From an uncultured Pseudomonadales bacterium (GTDB lineage Bacteria > Patescibacteriota > Microgenomatia > UBA1400 > UBA12108), in the NCBI GenBank assembly GCA_964610445.1, contig CAZSVV010000001.1, positions 19,246 to 60,615 on the forward strand: a stretch of 41,370 bases of DNA, read 5' to 3'. Below, one piece after another: positions 1 through 9,132 of this stretch (positions are counted from its first letter, which is position 1; each line of letters begins with the position of its first letter). A model generated the notes under the pieces. It saw nothing but the letters and a program-made list of their open reading frames with translations. It was not told the DNA's origin and did no database searches. The translations under genes were made by a program, and so were the position numbers.

Positions 1-16
1 TGAGAACTATTTTTCT

Positions 17-631
17 TCATATGGTTAGGATTTTTCTATCGTCACCATCTACTATCAAAACTTGGTCATCCCTTAGGAGTGTTAGCTTATCTCCCCATTT
101 TTTTATTGTCTCTTTTTCTCTATCTGCGTACTTAGCTTTGCCACTATGAGGAAGGATCTGAGTATTAATGAGGCCAAGGCCAGTATAGTCGGTTAACATG
201 GGTGCTGCATTTGTACTATCAAACATAGATGCATGCTCAATGGATGGTGAGAGAACAGCGCTACCGGCTGAGCTACCAATATAGATAATCCCCGAGGCTA
301 GCAACTTGGGTAGTACTATTTCCATCCCTGTTTTGCGCATGTGGTAGAGAAGGTAAAAAACGTTACCACCCTCGAAATAGATGATGTCAAATTTTGAGAG
401 ATTTTTTAATAGCTCCTGTTCATTTTTGCCTTTGATGTCGTAATCAGATATCTTAAAACCCATCGAAACTAGTTTTTGACGGTTAGTGTCTGCCCACGGT
501 CGATTATCGATGGCGTATGGATCTGTGGCGGTTGGGATATACGCAAGAGTTAACTCAATGGGCGGGCGAGGAAGTAGTGGTTGGATAAGATCAAGAGTAG
601 CGCTGGCTAGGCTAGTTAAGAATAGTTTCAT
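17..631 (-). CDS. Peptidase family S51 (peptidase E / alpha-aspartyl dipeptidase-like) protein
   Basis: 204 aa ORF. Has the S51-type motifs FEGGNVFYLL, nucleophile-elbow IGSSAGS and ILPHSG (candidate His). Size is typical of PepE. Confidence 0.8.
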   Translation of the reverse strand: MKLFLTSLASATLDLIQPLLPRPPIELTLAYIPTATDPYAIDNRPWADTNRQKLVSMGFKISDYDIKGKNEQELLKNLSKFDIIYFEGGNVFYLLYHMRKTGMEIVLPKLLASGIIYIGSSAGSAVLSPSIEHASMFDSTNAAPMLTDYTGLGLINTQILPHSGKAKYADREKETIKKWGDKLTLLRDDQVLIVDGDDRKILTI

Positions 632-632
632 A

Positions 633-929
633 TTACTTCTTTAGCCCGAGATAGAGCATTATTAATAGTATAGCTTTGAGTCCGTAGCCAGCGGTCGGAT
701 CGAGAGCTAGCTTGGTCAGCGGAGTCATGTTGCCAAATATCAAGTGAAAGATGATGCTAAGTGGCAAAACCAAGAGTATCCATCGAAAGTGTGATAACTG
801 CCTTTTGGTAGGTAGTATTATTTTGTTTAGTATGGGGACCAGTAGATAGACACCGAGATATGCTAGGGTAAAATCAAAAATGGCAAATTCACCAATTCTA
901 AACGAACGTAGATACTCGATAGTTATCAT
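633..929 (-). CDS. Small integral membrane protein, function unknown (last gene of the copper operon)
   Basis: 98 aa, three hydrophobic segments. Its start overlaps the stop of the upstream HMA gene (ATGA-type overlap at 926-929). No recognisable motif. Confidence 0.5.
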   Translation of the reverse strand: MITIEYLRSFRIGEFAIFDFTLAYLGVYLLVPILNKIILPTKRQLSHFRWILLVLPLSIIFHLIFGNMTPLTKLALDPTAGYGLKAILLIMLYLGLKK

Positions 930-1165
930 GTGAGGACAGTATAACCTAGTTTGCTGATGATCTGGGTAAACCTAGCTGGGTTGACCAGCTTAGGATCATA
1001 GATCACCACTGATTCTTGTTTGGCATAGCTAGTGATACTACTGATAACCCCTTTTAATTCTTCTATTTCCCCATCTATATTTAGACTGCAGCTGCTACAG
1101 TGGAGACCGGAGAGCTTTAACTTGATTGTCTCGCCTGCCGGTTTCTTTTTGAAAAAGTTAAACAT
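926..1165 (-). CDS. copZ: Heavy-metal-associated (HMA) domain metallochaperone, CopZ-like
   Basis: 79 aa. Has GLHCSSC, a CxxC metal-binding loop in a variant of the GMxCxxC motif. Length fits a beta-alpha-beta-beta-alpha-beta fold. Translationally coupled within the copA operon. Confidence 0.8.
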   Translation of the reverse strand: MFNFFKKKPAGETIKLKLSGLHCSSCSLNIDGEIEELKGVISSITSYAKQESVVIYDPKLVNPARFTQIISKLGYTVLT

Positions 1166-2208
1166 TAGATAACCTCCATGACTCCACTATACATCCCCAT
1201 GCTGCAGGAATAAGTATATTTACCCTTTTTCTCGGGAGTAAATTTGTGGACTTTGCTATCAATAGGTTTTAATACGTCGTAGATATCAAAAGCTTTGAAA
1301 GTAAATGCTGTTGCACAGCTATACACCTGACCGTCCGTCTCTAACGTCAATTGTACGGGTACTCCTGACTGGACTCGGAAGTAACGTGGGCTATAGCCTC
1401 CATTACTTACAGTCAATGTAACTTTTTGAACTCCATTCTCTATTGATACTGATGGATCGGGGGTGAGTACTCCAACCGAGTTGTCGTACGGAGGCAAGAG
1501 TCTGACTATCTGTGGTCCTAGGCGCTGAATGGAGTAAGGACTATCGGTTACCTGCAGAATACCATTTAGGCTACTGGCAGCCATAAATATCAGCAGGTAT
1601 GAGGCGAGACGCAGAAAATCTCTCTTCCATACTTCGGATAATCTAGAAGTGCCTATCCCGATTAAATAAAAGAGGGGAACTGTACCTAAGACAAATGCTC
1701 CCATGGTGAGCGCACCCTGGATCATCGAACTAGTAGATAGCGCGACGACTGCCATCGCCTGGGTGACGCCACAAGGAATAAAGACTGTCAAAAATCCAAG
1801 AATGCTCGGAGCAAAGAGGTTGGCTTTTTTTTCGTTATTCTTCATCAATCGATATGCCCACTTTGGTGGCTGAAATGACAAATATCTAAAAATAGGATGA
1901 ACGTCTAATAAGTTGAGGGCTGTTGCTAGCATAAAGAGCGCGGCAAACCCCTGAAAAAATAGTTTCGCTGTGAGCGAGAGCTCGACTATCCCGCCAAGCG
2001 CTCCGAGTAAAGCGCCGAGAATTATGTGACTAACTAGTTTGGCACCTAGAAAAGCAGAAACAGGAGCGATATCGTCCGTGCCTAGACCAGGACTAGAAGT
2101 GACCTTTTTTTGGTTGGCGATTACGCTCGCAAGGAGACCCCCCTGCATAGCTGCACATGTGACACCACCAGAGGTTAAACCAGTGAGAAAAATTAACCAG
2201 AGATTCAT
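1165..2208 (-). CDS. Polytopic membrane protein (DsbD_2/TauE-SafE-like) fused to a C-terminal cupredoxin-like domain
   Basis: 347 aa. The N-terminal ~230 aa are multi-TM with a GGVTCAAMQGG motif. The C-terminal ~100 aa are a soluble beta-rich domain ending KGKYTYSCSMGMYSGVMEVI (cupredoxin_1/EfeO-like Cys-Met signature). Located immediately downstream of copA. Confidence 0.6.
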   Translation of the reverse strand: MNLWLIFLTGLTSGGVTCAAMQGGLLASVIANQKKVTSSPGLGTDDIAPVSAFLGAKLVSHIILGALLGALGGIVELSLTAKLFFQGFAALFMLATALNLLDVHPIFRYLSFQPPKWAYRLMKNNEKKANLFAPSILGFLTVFIPCGVTQAMAVVALSTSSMIQGALTMGAFVLGTVPLFYLIGIGTSRLSEVWKRDFLRLASYLLIFMAASSLNGILQVTDSPYSIQRLGPQIVRLLPPYDNSVGVLTPDPSVSIENGVQKVTLTVSNGGYSPRYFRVQSGVPVQLTLETDGQVYSCATAFTFKAFDIYDVLKPIDSKVHKFTPEKKGKYTYSCSMGMYSGVMEVI

Positions 2209-2218
2209 AGTGCTCCTA

Positions 2219-4417
2219 TCATATACGAGACGCCTTTAAGCGCAAAGAGTTGGTTACCACCGAGACGCTAGAGAATGCCATGGCAGCGCCAGCAAAAGCT
2301 GGATTGAGAAGGATGCCATAGAGAGGATATAAAAGACCTGCCGCAACTGGGATACCAATAATATTGTATGCAAAAGCCCAGAACAAATTTTGCTTGATCA
2401 CTCTAAATGTGAGTCTCGAGAGCTTGATGGCTTGAGGTAAGCGAGAGAGATTGCCACCGAGGAGTGTGATCCCTGCAGACTCGATGGCAACATCGGTGCC
2501 AGTACCCATGGCAATGCCAACATCTGCCGATGCTAGAGCAGGAGCATCATTAACACCATCTCCGACCATAGCTACTTTGTGTCCTAACTTTTGTAACTCT
2601 TTTATTTCGCTAGCTTTGCCGGCTGGTAGGACACCTGCAATTACTTTATCAATGCCTACCTGCTGGGCGATATAGGCAGCAGTCTCTGGGTGATCACCTG
2701 TTAACATGGCAACTTTGATCCCGAGCTTGTGCAGATCTTTGACTACTTTTACAGATTCATCTTTGAGAGTATCGCTGATACCTACATAAAGAATTATTTC
2801 ATTAGTAGTTGCTACCATTACGGGAGTCTCACCACGACTGGCCATCTCGGACATTAGCTGAGTGTCTACTTCTAAACCGAGTGAAGAAATGTGTCTGAGG
2901 TTACCGGCGTAATATGCCTGTTTAGCTACCTTGCCTTGTACCCCCAATCCTGGGTGTGCAGTAAACTCGCTAACTCTCGCAAAGGAGTCTAGCTTTGCGT
3001 AATCTACGATAGCTTGAGCGAGTGGATGCTCTGAGTTATTTTCGAGTGAAGCGAAGACATTAATAGCCTGATCTTGGGAGAATTTTTTGCTGGCCAAGTG
3101 AAGGCTCGAAACCTGTGGGGTGCCTTTGGTTAAAGTGCCTGTTTTGTCGAGAACAACATAATCGATGGATCTTAACTTCTCGATTGCTTCGGCATTTTTT
3201 ATGAGTATTCCGATAGAGGCAGCTTTACCCACAGATACTATTATGGCGGTCGGAGTAGCGAGTCCGAGAGCGCAAGGACAGGCAATAACCAGGATACCTA
3301 CAAAACTGAGTAGTCCGAGGAGTGGATTGCCGAGAACTGTCCAGACAATAAAAGTAAGGACCGAGAGCACTAAGACAACGGGTACAAAGATAGCGGAGAT
3401 CTGATCAGTTAATCTCTCGATTGGTGCATGACTACCTTGAGCAGCTTCGACCATTTTGATGATTTGGGACAAGACTGATCCATGACCAACTACGCTTACC
3501 CCGACTTGGAGATAACCTTGTTTATTTAGAGTTCCCCCCACGACCTTATCGCCCACCATTTTGTCGACTGGGAGAGGTTCGCCAGTTAACATTGACTCGT
3601 CGATACTCGATTCACCTTGCACAATTACCCCGTCTACTGGGATTTTGGTTCCTGGTTTGACGATGACAATGTCGCCGACACTTAGTTCGCTTATCTGTAC
3701 TTCGTACTCTCTGCCTTTCCTCACTACTAAGGCTGTTTTGGCTTGGAGACCAATCAGTTTTTTAATTGCTTCGCCAGTTTTATTTTTGGAGCTGGCTTCG
3801 AGATATTTTCCCAGTGTAATAAAGCCTATCACCACTATCGTAATATCGTAGTAGACCTGATCAACTGCCATGAACGGTGATAGTACATTCTCGAATGCTG
3901 TAATTATGAATGAGTAAATATACGCAGTCGAAGTGCCAATGCCAATAAGAGTATCCATATTGGCAACACGGTATTTGATAAAACTAAGTACTGCGCGAAG
4001 ATAAGGAAGCCCTACGACAAATAGCATGTATGTCGCCATGATTGGTAGCAAATGATGGAAGAAGGTCATTGCAGGATCAGAGTATGGAAAGAACATATCC
4101 CATACCATCATTATGATAGAGACCGCAGCCATGGGTAGTGCTATTTTGACCTGAGATGAAAGAAGATCCAGCTTGGACTCGTGATTGACTGAATGATCAG
4201 AATGATCGTCTGTCGACACATCAATGTGGCAACCAAGTGCTTGAATATCTTTGTTAAGAAGTGTATCTGACACTAGACCCTCAGATTCTATCTCGATGGT
4301 TTCGCTACCATAGTTAACCCTGGCACTAGTTATTCCAGGAATTTTGTTCACTCTATTGGTAATAATGCTCGCGCAGCTAGCACAGTGCATCCCGATTACT
4401 GGATAGGTTTTTATCAT
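2219..4417 (-). CDS. copA: Copper-translocating P1B-type ATPase
   Basis: 732 aa. Carries an N-terminal HMA GMHCASC, the TGEP actuator motif, a [10 protein letters not shown] transmembrane CPC motif, the DKTGTLT phosphorylation site and the [10 protein letters not shown] hinge. Confidence 0.95.
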   Translation of the reverse strand: MIKTYPVIGMHCASCASIITNRVNKIPGITSARVNYGSETIEIESEGLVSDTLLNKDIQALGCHIDVSTDDHSDHSVNHESKLDLLSSQVKIALPMAAVSIIMMVWDMFFPYSDPAMTFFHHLLPIMATYMLFVVGLPYLRAVLSFIKYRVANMDTLIGIGTSTAYIYSFIITAFENVLSPFMAVDQVYYDITIVVIGFITLGKYLEASSKNKTGEAIKKLIGLQAKTALVVRKGREYEVQISELSVGDIVIVKPGTKIPVDGVIVQGESSIDESMLTGEPLPVDKMVGDKVVGGTLNKQGYLQVGVSVVGHGSVLSQIIKMVEAAQGSHAPIERLTDQISAIFVPVVLVLSVLTFIVWTVLGNPLLGLLSFVGILVIACPCALGLATPTAIIVSVGKAASIGILIKNAEAIEKLRSIDYVVLDKTGTLTKGTPQVSSLHLASKKFSQDQAINVFASLENNSEHPLAQAIVDYAKLDSFARVSEFTAHPGLGVQGKVAKQAYYAGNLRHISSLGLEVDTQLMSEMASRGETPVMVATTNEIILYVGISDTLKDESVKVVKDLHKLGIKVAMLTGDHPETAAYIAQQVGIDKVIAGVLPAGKASEIKELQKLGHKVAMVGDGVNDAPALASADVGIAMGTGTDVAIESAGITLLGGNLSRLPQAIKLSRLTFRVIKQNLFWAFAYNIIGIPVAAGLLYPLYGILLNPAFAGAAMAFSSVSVVTNSLRLKASRI

Positions 4418-4854
4418 AAGAGTTTCTTAGCTTTGGTAAATACTTTAAGACATCCTTTACCGCAAAAATAGTGTCGCACGCCGCCATATTCGGCAGTATG
4501 ACGCGCCTTAGTAGGAGTGAGTAGCATGTGACAAATAGGATCTACTACCTTTGGCTCCGAGTCAGTTAACGGCTCTTCATTAGCAAAGTGGTCAACAAAT
4601 AGTGAAAGGTTGAGTAGCGTGTTATCAGTCAAAGAATAGTAGAGCTCTTTGCCCAGCTTTTTGGAGTGTACTAGTTTGCTAGCCTTTAGATACATTAGGT
4701 GCTGAGATGTTGCGGCTTGGCGCATGCCAGTCATCTGCACAATCTGATTTACAGTTAGCTCATGACCATGTAGTAAGCAAATAATCTCTAATCTACTTTT
4801 ATGTCCGAGAGCTTTAAATAGTTTGGCATTCTTTATGATTTCGGTAGTATTCAT
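4414..4854 (-). CDS. ArsR/SmtB-family winged-helix regulator fused to a C-terminal YHS/TRASH metal-binding domain
   Basis: 146 aa. The N-terminus reads [16 protein letters not shown]...[30 protein letters not shown] (ArsR HTH). The C-terminus reads DPICHMLL...[17 protein letters not shown] (YHS/TRASH Cys pattern). Overlaps the copA start by 4 nt. Confidence 0.8.
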   Translation of the reverse strand: MNTTEIIKNAKLFKALGHKSRLEIICLLHGHELTVNQIVQMTGMRQAATSQHLMYLKASKLVHSKKLGKELYYSLTDNTLLNLSLFVDHFANEEPLTDSEPKVVDPICHMLLTPTKARHTAEYGGVRHYFCGKGCLKVFTKAKKLL

Positions 4855-4862
4855 ACCTTAAT

Positions 4863-4884
4863 CATATTCTGTTTTTTGAATATG
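4863..4884 (-). promoter_or_regulatory. Candidate ArsR-type operator (7-bp inverted repeat CATATTC-N8-GAATATG)
   Basis: Perfect inverted repeat filling the 30-nt gap just upstream of the arsR-YHS start codon (4854). ArsR/SmtB regulators are known to bind AT-rich TATTC/GAATA-type inverted repeats. Confidence 0.35.
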
Positions 4885-5433
4885 TCAAATAGAGGGAGAT
4901 AGGGTAGCGATCAAATCGAGGTCTTTTTTGTGTTTATCAGAGAGGATACTGCCTTTTGATAGGATATCTTTTTTGTGAGCAGATTGATCTTGTACTTCTA
5001 CCACAAATCCGTAGAGACTCCCCTTTTGAGGCGATGGAAACATCGATGAATCGTTTACTACTATTTCACCGGATTTTTTGACTACAGAATGTAAATTTTT
5101 ATACGGGTCTAGCTGAGTCTGAATATAATAAAGATTAAGGACTAGATTCTTTGCATGTACATCTATGACTAGTTGAAAGTCGTTTTCCTCAATCTCTATA
5201 GTCGGTGCATCAAGGTTTTTACTAATAAAGTTACTAATCAACTTACTAGCGGATTTACGATCATTTTGACCATAAAAAACTAAATCGATATCTCCGTGAT
5301 CACGTGTGATCTTGCCAAGGAAAAAGTCTAGACCGTATCCACCATAGACAACTGTGCGCCAGCCTAGCTCACGAGCAAACACAGAAAAATCTTTGATTAA
5401 TTTTAGATCTCGGTCAGTTCTATTTGTGATCAT
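4885..5433 (-). CDS. Nucleotidyltransferase of the aminoglycoside 2''-adenylyltransferase (ANT(2'')-Ia-like) family
   Basis: VVYGGYGLDFFLGKITRDHGDIDLVFYG closely resembles the ANT(2'') motif WIGGGWAIDARLGRVTRKHDDIDLTFPG. I moved the start to the internal ATG at 5433 (MITNRTD...) because the longer ORF (to 5508) runs deep into the NUDIX gene. Confidence 0.65.
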   Translation of the reverse strand: MITNRTDRDLKLIKDFSVFARELGWRTVVYGGYGLDFFLGKITRDHGDIDLVFYGQNDRKSASKLISNFISKNLDAPTIEIEENDFQLVIDVHAKNLVLNLYYIQTQLDPYKNLHSVVKKSGEIVVNDSSMFPSPQKGSLYGFVVEVQDQSAHKKDILSKGSILSDKHKKDLDLIATLSPSI

Positions 5434-5875
5434 AACTACCCTGAAATGCCTGAATCGAGCCAACAAAAAATCCATTGTCGGCACCAAAAGATAGCTGAGC
5501 AAATTCATCGGGAGTTATCCACTGATAATCGGTGTGTTCGTCGGAAAGAGTCACCTCTCCCTCCCAATCAGAACATGTGTAGCAGATGCCAAAGACGTTA
5601 AGACCAGCAAAAAAACCTTTGGATACATTCATGTGATTGTCGACAAAAATAGGGCTTACTGTACTAGCGTTGAGACCTGCCTCTTCCATTACTTCCCTTT
5701 TTATGGCCTCGATTACGTTTTCACCCTGCTCATATCCACCGCCAGGCAGATCCCAGTTGCCGCCGCGAGAGTGATCGTCTTCGGCACGCTTGAGGGCTAG
5801 TATCTTGCCGTCCTTGCCTACAATGATGCATTTTTGGATTAGCCTGACATTCTGCAGTATTTTGGGATTTGACAT
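5420..5875 (-). CDS. NUDIX hydrolase
   Basis: Nudix box GGGYEQGENVIEAIKREVMEEAGL (GX5EX7REUXEEXGU). Start placed at ATG 5875 (MSNPKIL...), 4 nt after the upstream stop at 5880. Confidence 0.85.
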   Translation of the reverse strand: MSNPKILQNVRLIQKCIIVGKDGKILALKRAEDDHSRGGNWDLPGGGYEQGENVIEAIKREVMEEAGLNASTVSPIFVDNHMNVSKGFFAGLNVFGICYTCSDWEGEVTLSDEHTDYQWITPDEFAQLSFGADNGFFVGSIQAFQGSYDHK

Positions 5876-5879
5876 ATGT

Positions 5880-6818
5880 TTATTGTATCTTATGTATCCC
5901 ACCCTTACCCCTAACCAATTGCCCTTTGCTACCCAAGTCTATAACCAGTGCTGTGTGCTCATCTATACCAATGACTTTTGACTCTGCAGGGAGGCTAGAG
6001 AGTAGTTTGGTCGCACGGTCTTTCCCGATGTAGCAATAGCTAGTATCTAGTCCTACTCCACCCTCTCGATTATTAAAATGAGGAATCACGGTTAGTGGTT
6101 CATAAATACCCTTATAGAGATCTAAACCTTTTACCCAATGAAGATCCTCCCCTACTTTGTAGATCTCATAGACAGGGAGAGCATGAGTAGAAAAGGTGAT
6201 CGTAGCGGCAGATGCGAGTATAAGAGTTGCTCTATTTTTCACTTGTTCAATTATTGACTCTAATGCCTTAGTGCCCTTGAGCTGTCTTATGCCATATGTG
6301 GGAGATCCAGGACCCAGGAAGATAATGTCACTCTGCTCTATCTGATCTATGTAAATATCATTATTTGCTTCAATTTGAGTATTAATAGGGACAACTTGAA
6401 TATTAAGATTAAAGTCCGGGAGTGCTGCTAGCAGAAAATCTTTGATCTCCCCATACACTGAGTCTACATTTGGCTGAAAGCCGGCAGGAGTAGTGATGAG
6501 TGATATTGTTAGATCCCGCTTGCCAAGCTGTAGGAAGGTAGATCGATAGATATCAACACTAGTGGGAGCTATCTCTCCGGAGCCAAATAAGATTAAGAAA
6601 TGCTTTTTGGGTGCTAAACCCGAATCACCTTTTTTCATTACATCCGTAATACCACCAGGCACATCGTTAATTAGATAACCTAACTCCTCGATATCGCTAC
6701 GTATTTTGTCAGCTAGTGAAAAGTTTTTCTCTGCTTTTGCTGCGTTACGATCTGTGATTAGAGAGCGAATGTTGTCAGGCACTCGGTCTGCGGCAATGGG
6801 AGTAAATACTTTGACCAT
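5880..6818 (-). CDS. Fusion protein: CysRS C-terminal-like helical module joined to an S51/class-I-glutamine-amidotransferase-like peptidase domain
   Basis: 312 aa. Residues ~12-60 (IRSLITDRNAAKAEKNFSLADKIRSDIEELGYLINDVPGG) match the conserved extreme C-terminus of cysteinyl-tRNA synthetases (R-x2-AR-x2-KDF-x2-AD-x-IRD-x-L-x3-GI-x-L-x-D-x-P-x-G). The remainder has S51-like LILASAAT (Ser retained) and VIPHFNNREGG. Confidence 0.6.
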   Translation of the reverse strand: MVKVFTPIAADRVPDNIRSLITDRNAAKAEKNFSLADKIRSDIEELGYLINDVPGGITDVMKKGDSGLAPKKHFLILFGSGEIAPTSVDIYRSTFLQLGKRDLTISLITTPAGFQPNVDSVYGEIKDFLLAALPDFNLNIQVVPINTQIEANNDIYIDQIEQSDIIFLGPGSPTYGIRQLKGTKALESIIEQVKNRATLILASAATITFSTHALPVYEIYKVGEDLHWVKGLDLYKGIYEPLTVIPHFNNREGGVGLDTSYCYIGKDRATKLLSSLPAESKVIGIDEHTALVIDLGSKGQLVRGKGGIHKIQ

Positions 6819-6819
6819 A

Positions 6820-7296
6820 CTAGATTTTGCCAGCTAAGGCAGCATCTATTTCTTTGAATCTAAGTAATGTATTACTGTTGATCGTCGAACTATAGACAGA
6901 AGGGTTATTAGAAACGAGAAAACTTAAGTGTCTGATACCGTGTGACACAACACTTTTGATAGGAATATCCTTGGGAGCAGGTCGAGATGGATCGCCTGAT
7001 TGAATAATATTGATATCTGAGATTTGGATTTTAGAGATATCAGATTGAGCAAAGTCAAAATCGTCAGAGTATACGATGTAAGTTATTATCGTGGATCCAG
7101 TAGGCACATAACGCCAGCTAGTTGAGTGGCTAATTAAGCGATTTTTTTCGATAATATCGGTGTTATGCTTTTGAACTAGTAACAGAACCAGGTCGTCTGG
7201 GTTGTCTGACTTATTAGATATATCTAACTCGACTTTTTTGTAGAGAATTTCTTCATCTACTATTTTGGTGAGAATTACTTCGAGAAAGTATGACAT
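6820..7296 (-). CDS. Hypothetical protein (no recognisable motif), embedded in the S51 cluster
   Basis: 158 aa ORF. Lies 1-2 nt from both neighbours, with the same strand and composition as the flanking genes. Confidence 0.5.
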   Translation of the reverse strand: MSYFLEVILTKIVDEEILYKKVELDISNKSDNPDDLVLLLVQKHNTDIIEKNRLISHSTSWRYVPTGSTIITYIVYSDDFDFAQSDISKIQISDINIIQSGDPSRPAPKDIPIKSVVSHGIRHLSFLVSNNPSVYSSTINSNTLLRFKEIDAALAGKI

Positions 7297-7298
7297 AA

Positions 7299-8489
7299 CT
7301 AATTATGAATTGTAGCATAACGAGTGGAGTGTGGGATGATTGCGCTGAGCTTGTTTAGTATAAGTAGTGGAATGACAGAGATCATAACAAAAAGTATCTG
7401 GAGGGTGATTGGATCCTCAAAACTAAAACCTACAATTAATAGAATAATCAGAGGAGCTACTCGCCCGGTACCCATCGCGATCTCTCCTATGGAGAGAACT
7501 TTGCTCATGTTTTGTTTAATTGTGTCGTTGTCGTTTACTATTGAATAAATGACTCCCTCATAATGTAGTGAGAAAGAAGAATTAAGAAGAACTACTACGA
7601 TCTGGTATGCCATAAAAACCATAAAGTTCCAATTAGTTGCTAGTAAGAGCGCGACGCTAGCAAAGACAAAAGTGGCAGAAGTAGAGATAGCTTTTTGTAT
7701 AGAGATATTCTTTACTTTTGTGTACAAATAAGTACTAACTATGCTGGCTATAGTCAGAGATGTAGATATATAACCCCATTTGGCGACATCTCCAATAAAC
7801 ATAAAAGTTACTACTCCTAGCACTGCCCACATAGGCCCGTTATAAAAACCGTATAACAATCTCGTCGTGGCAAATATCTTGACCTCCTCGATCTGCAAAA
7901 GTGAGATATAGGAAGCACTATTGGTGTTAGTTGAAAGGTTGGCTATTGGGATTCTGGATATTAACATCACAATCGATATACCAGCGAATAGACTAAGATA
8001 ATAACTCACTTGGTAAGAGCCAAGAGATGATATAAGACTAGTAATCAGTGGGACCGATATTATGCTTACTAAGTTCATTATTGATGACTTTACCCCAAGA
8101 AACTTAGTAGTTTCTGAACCGTTTGTAATCTGTCCTACTATGATGGAATAACTCATCGCTTGGAGACCAATACCTATGCCTGCTAGGATGCCGAATGGGA
8201 TTATTATGTTGGTGATATTAGCTCCAGTTAGCATCAATATCCCTGCTTGGAGCATCCCAACGAATATTGAGGCGACATACACTTTCTTAGCCCCGTAGGA
8301 GCTAATAAGCCTAGGTGCGAACTGAGTACTCAATAGGATGCTCAGAAAAAGAGCGATGTAGTAAGAGAGGATCTTACTAGCTTCTTTGGTTGTTTCCCAT
8401 AGATATAGTCCCACCAAAGATCCCAGGGTAAAGTCATAAATGACGTATAGCGAGAGGATTGCAAGGAATATTTTTTGTGAGCGGGACAT
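7299..8489 (-). CDS. MFS-type polytopic transporter (about 12 TM)
   Basis: 396 aa, almost entirely hydrophobic helices in a 6+6 arrangement. No ATP-binding motif. Confidence 0.65.
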   Translation of the reverse strand: MSRSQKIFLAILSLYVIYDFTLGSLVGLYLWETTKEASKILSYYIALFLSILLSTQFAPRLISSYGAKKVYVASIFVGMLQAGILMLTGANITNIIIPFGILAGIGIGLQAMSYSIIVGQITNGSETTKFLGVKSSIMNLVSIISVPLITSLISSLGSYQVSYYLSLFAGISIVMLISRIPIANLSTNTNSASYISLLQIEEVKIFATTRLLYGFYNGPMWAVLGVVTFMFIGDVAKWGYISTSLTIASIVSTYLYTKVKNISIQKAISTSATFVFASVALLLATNWNFMVFMAYQIVVVLLNSSFSLHYEGVIYSIVNDNDTIKQNMSKVLSIGEIAMGTGRVAPLIILLIVGFSFEDPITLQILFVMISVIPLLILNKLSAIIPHSTRYATIHN

Positions 8490-8496
8490 TAGTTAA

Positions 8497-9132
8497 TTAT
8501 GTCACGCTGACAATTTTAAAACTATCACCTACTATTTCGATATAACAATTATTGGGGAGGAAGATATGTGCATGATCCTCGTTGTAGGTCTGAGGGAATT
8601 TGTGCTCACTGTAATCTGTCCTCTTAGTCTCTAATCCCCAGTGAGGCATAAATACAGCATTAATAAAGTTAATGCCGCGAGTACTGGTTAGTTCATATTT
8701 CTCTGCATTTTTGCCGGGTCTGCCATTGGCTTTGATATCGATACCGGCGACTACTGATCCGGCACTCTCGGAGATGTAAACCATACCATCCTCTACCCTA
8801 TTGGTTATATAGCTGATAAAGTTATTTGTCTGCGCCTGCTTGAGAAAATAGAATGGATCCCCGCCCTCGACATACACGACAGAATAGTTTGCTAGATCTC
8901 TCACTAGATCCTCCTCAGACTTTCCTGTGATGTCGTAGTCTTGGCAGATGAATCCACCCTGCTTTAGTGTTTCGCGATTTTTGTAGTGCCAGTCGAGCTC
9001 TGACTCTTTGAAGTTTTTGTATTTAATAGGTGTTGTGATAAAGACAGTTTTTTGTTTTTGTTCAACACTAATTTTTTGGCTAATGGCCAACCCACTGACA
9101 TAAAACTGTGAGGCCATATATATATTCTTCAT
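8497..9132 (-). CDS. Peptidase family S51 protein (peptidase E-like), paralogue 2
   Basis: VVYVEGGDPFYFLK, YISESAGSVVAG and FMPHWG motifs. 211 aa. Confidence 0.8.
   Translation of the reverse strand: MKNIYMASQFYVSGLAISQKISVEQKQKTVFITTPIKYKNFKESELDWHYKNRETLKQGGFICQDYDITGKSEEDLVRDLANYSVVYVEGGDPFYFLKQAQTNNFISYITNRVEDGMVYISESAGSVVAGIDIKANGRPGKNAEKYELTSTRGINFINAVFMPHWGLETKRTDYSEHKFPQTYNEDHAHIFLPNNCYIEIVGDSFKIVSVT

Noticed and set aside
2451-3851. Three + strand ORFs (74, 79 and 96 aa) inside the copA region.
   Set aside because: They lie antisense to a motif-rich, full-length P-type ATPase gene. Their translations are low-complexity (Ser/Pro/Thr-rich), typical of shadow ORFs. The same reasoning applies to the other short antisense or alternative-frame ORFs in the track, for example 2039-2239, 9962-10204, 14189-14485, 28960-29376 and 32342-32767.
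5434-5508. N-terminal 25-codon extension of the nucleotidyltransferase ORF.
   Set aside because: It would overlap the NUDIX gene by 89 nt. The internal ATG at 5433 gives a 14-nt overlap and a protein starting just before the conserved nucleotidyltransferase core.
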